Of a DNA stretch of 64,000 bases, positions 62,751 through 64,000 are shown one piece after another. Source of the DNA: an uncultured virus (IMG/VR IMGVR_UViG_3300030103_005378) (taxonomy: Duplodnaviria; Heunggongvirae; Uroviricota; Caudoviricetes). Within the stretch, counting starts at the first letter, position 1. Each line of letters starts with the position of its first letter. Made by a program: the position numbers and the translations under genes. The notes below the pieces were generated by a model. The model had not been told where the DNA came from and ran no database searches. It was given only the letters and a program-made list of their open reading frames with translations. The DNA is taken from IMG/VR virus record IMGVR_UViG_3300030103_005378. One strand, 5' to 3'.

Positions 62751-63433
62751 TAAAACGTGGATTACCAATGATTATTACCAAAACATCTATTACAATGATT
62801 ATTACCAAAAATCGTTGATTACCACGGAAAGTGAATTACCAATGTGTGGAATGAATGATAAGGTGTGGAAAACGATTATTACCAAAGAAAATGATTATTA
62901 CAAGAATATTATATAGTGTGTGGAAAGTGTATTACAATGTGTTGGGGATAGTTTTAACACTACCCTAACCCATCCATTGCCCAGACACGTCCTTTTAACG
63001 TACTTCCAAAAGTATATACAAAACCACGTGAAACACACGGTAAAACGTGGATTACCACAAGGTTTATTACAATGTTTATTACAATGTTTATTACCAGAGG
63101 AAGAGGATTATTAAAAGGTAATTCGTATGTTACCGTATATTTAAAAAAAGGTTATGAAAGAAAATGATATTTTAAAAGATTATATTAAATCACTAGGTTT
63201 AACTTACAACATTAAAGAATCTATATCGATACTGAAACAAGAGGTTGCCACGTATGGTTATGTACCTATTGAATATTTAAATCAGGAAGATAGATGTTCA
63301 TGGATGAATTAAAATAGTTTATTACCCTACTAGAACGGGGATTACAATGTTTGCTAGCGGGTTACTGAGTAATGCAAGAGGTAACGGGATGGTTTTCAGG
63401 TTTGTACCCAACCAAACAAACCTATATTACCCA
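62751..63433 (+). repeat. Largely noncoding region with clustered same-strand ATTAC[C/A]A iterons
   Basis: 14 ATTACMA copies (62761-63341), 17-bp TAAAACGTGGATTACCA at 62751 and 63041, 12-bp tandem TTTATTACAATG at 63063-63096. Confidence 0.7.
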
Positions 63434-64000
63434 GGAAGTTTATTATAAAAAGATTATTCGTATATTATAGTATATTAAAAAGATATTATGAAAAGAGTTG
63501 AAATAAAAGGTACTGACAATAGAGATATTTACACTACAGATGTTATACTAGAAAACAACACAGTGGTAGAAATAAATCCTATTAACTTATTTGAAAATGT
63601 AATATTAAATAGGGATGAAAGTAAAGAATTGGAATTAATGTTTAATAAATTGGTTAAAAAATTAAAGGAATAGTTTAATTTACTAGAAATTTGTATATTG
63701 TATTATAATTAAAAAGATAAAATAAAATGGGAAGAAAATTTAGAGTTATTGAAGATGTATGTACAGGAATTGTTGATTACAGAATTGATGAAGAAATGTT
63801 TGTAGGTGATGAATGGAAAGATTGTTTTAGTGATGTATTTTATAAAGGAGATGTTTATGAAGTAATGAATGATCATATTATGAATGAATTTAAATCTGAT
63901 GAAGATGGTGAAATGATTGAACCTGAATTAATGTGTATTAAAGGAAAAAATAAAATTAGTATGGAAGAAGTATTAGATATGAATACTAGTGAAGATGATT

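Larger units (their letters stand above)
50957..63700 (+). promoter_or_regulatory. About 20 copies of putative early promoter GGAA[T/G]x-N18-T[C/T]GTATA[T/A]T
   Basis: GG at 50957, 51219, 51471, 52896, 53177, 54163, 55096, 56049, 56942, 57753, 58172, 58625, 59373, 59946, 61382, 61736, 61920, 63099, 63434, 63667 (also 47214), second box always 24 nt downstream. Confidence 0.85.

Noticed and set aside
62731..63114. Two short ORFs over the iteron region
   Set aside because: Their repetitive peptides (NDYYQ, LLQC) simply reflect the DNA repeats; starts are weak.

Overview
AT-rich, almost entirely plus-strand segment of a large T4-like (jumbo-type) dsDNA phage, probably infecting Bacteroidota/Flavobacteriia. 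Host evidence is Bacteroidota-type promoter spacing, A-rich starts without Shine-Dalgarno sites, a T9SS type B sorting domain and a DUF2452-like gene. Gene order: SSB tail, RecA/UvsX, 5'-3' exonuclease, helicase, class I RNR, lysis genes, a 7-deazaguanine pathway (DpdA/TGT-like, QueC/D/E, FolE2), a split family B DNA polymerase, putative clamp, Hsp20/GroES/GroEL, clamp loader, glycosyl/methyltransferases, five tRNAs and a promoter-dense early region. The two most unusual structures are gene arrays. (1) At 10.1-12.1 kb, small ORFs are joined by a ~24-bp direct repeat that holds stop codons in all three frames plus the next start codon. (2) At 24.1-28.9 kb, 11 ORFs share DNA-level conserved N-terminal leaders ending in a putative prohead-protease site and carry unrelated bodies. 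Also seen: a 22-aa 9-Cys metallothionein-like peptide, an inverted repeat bracketing hsp20, a structured RNA among the tRNAs, and an iteron-like noncoding region. Three N-gaps are assembly joins. All annotations are motif recognition by eye; no database searches were run.
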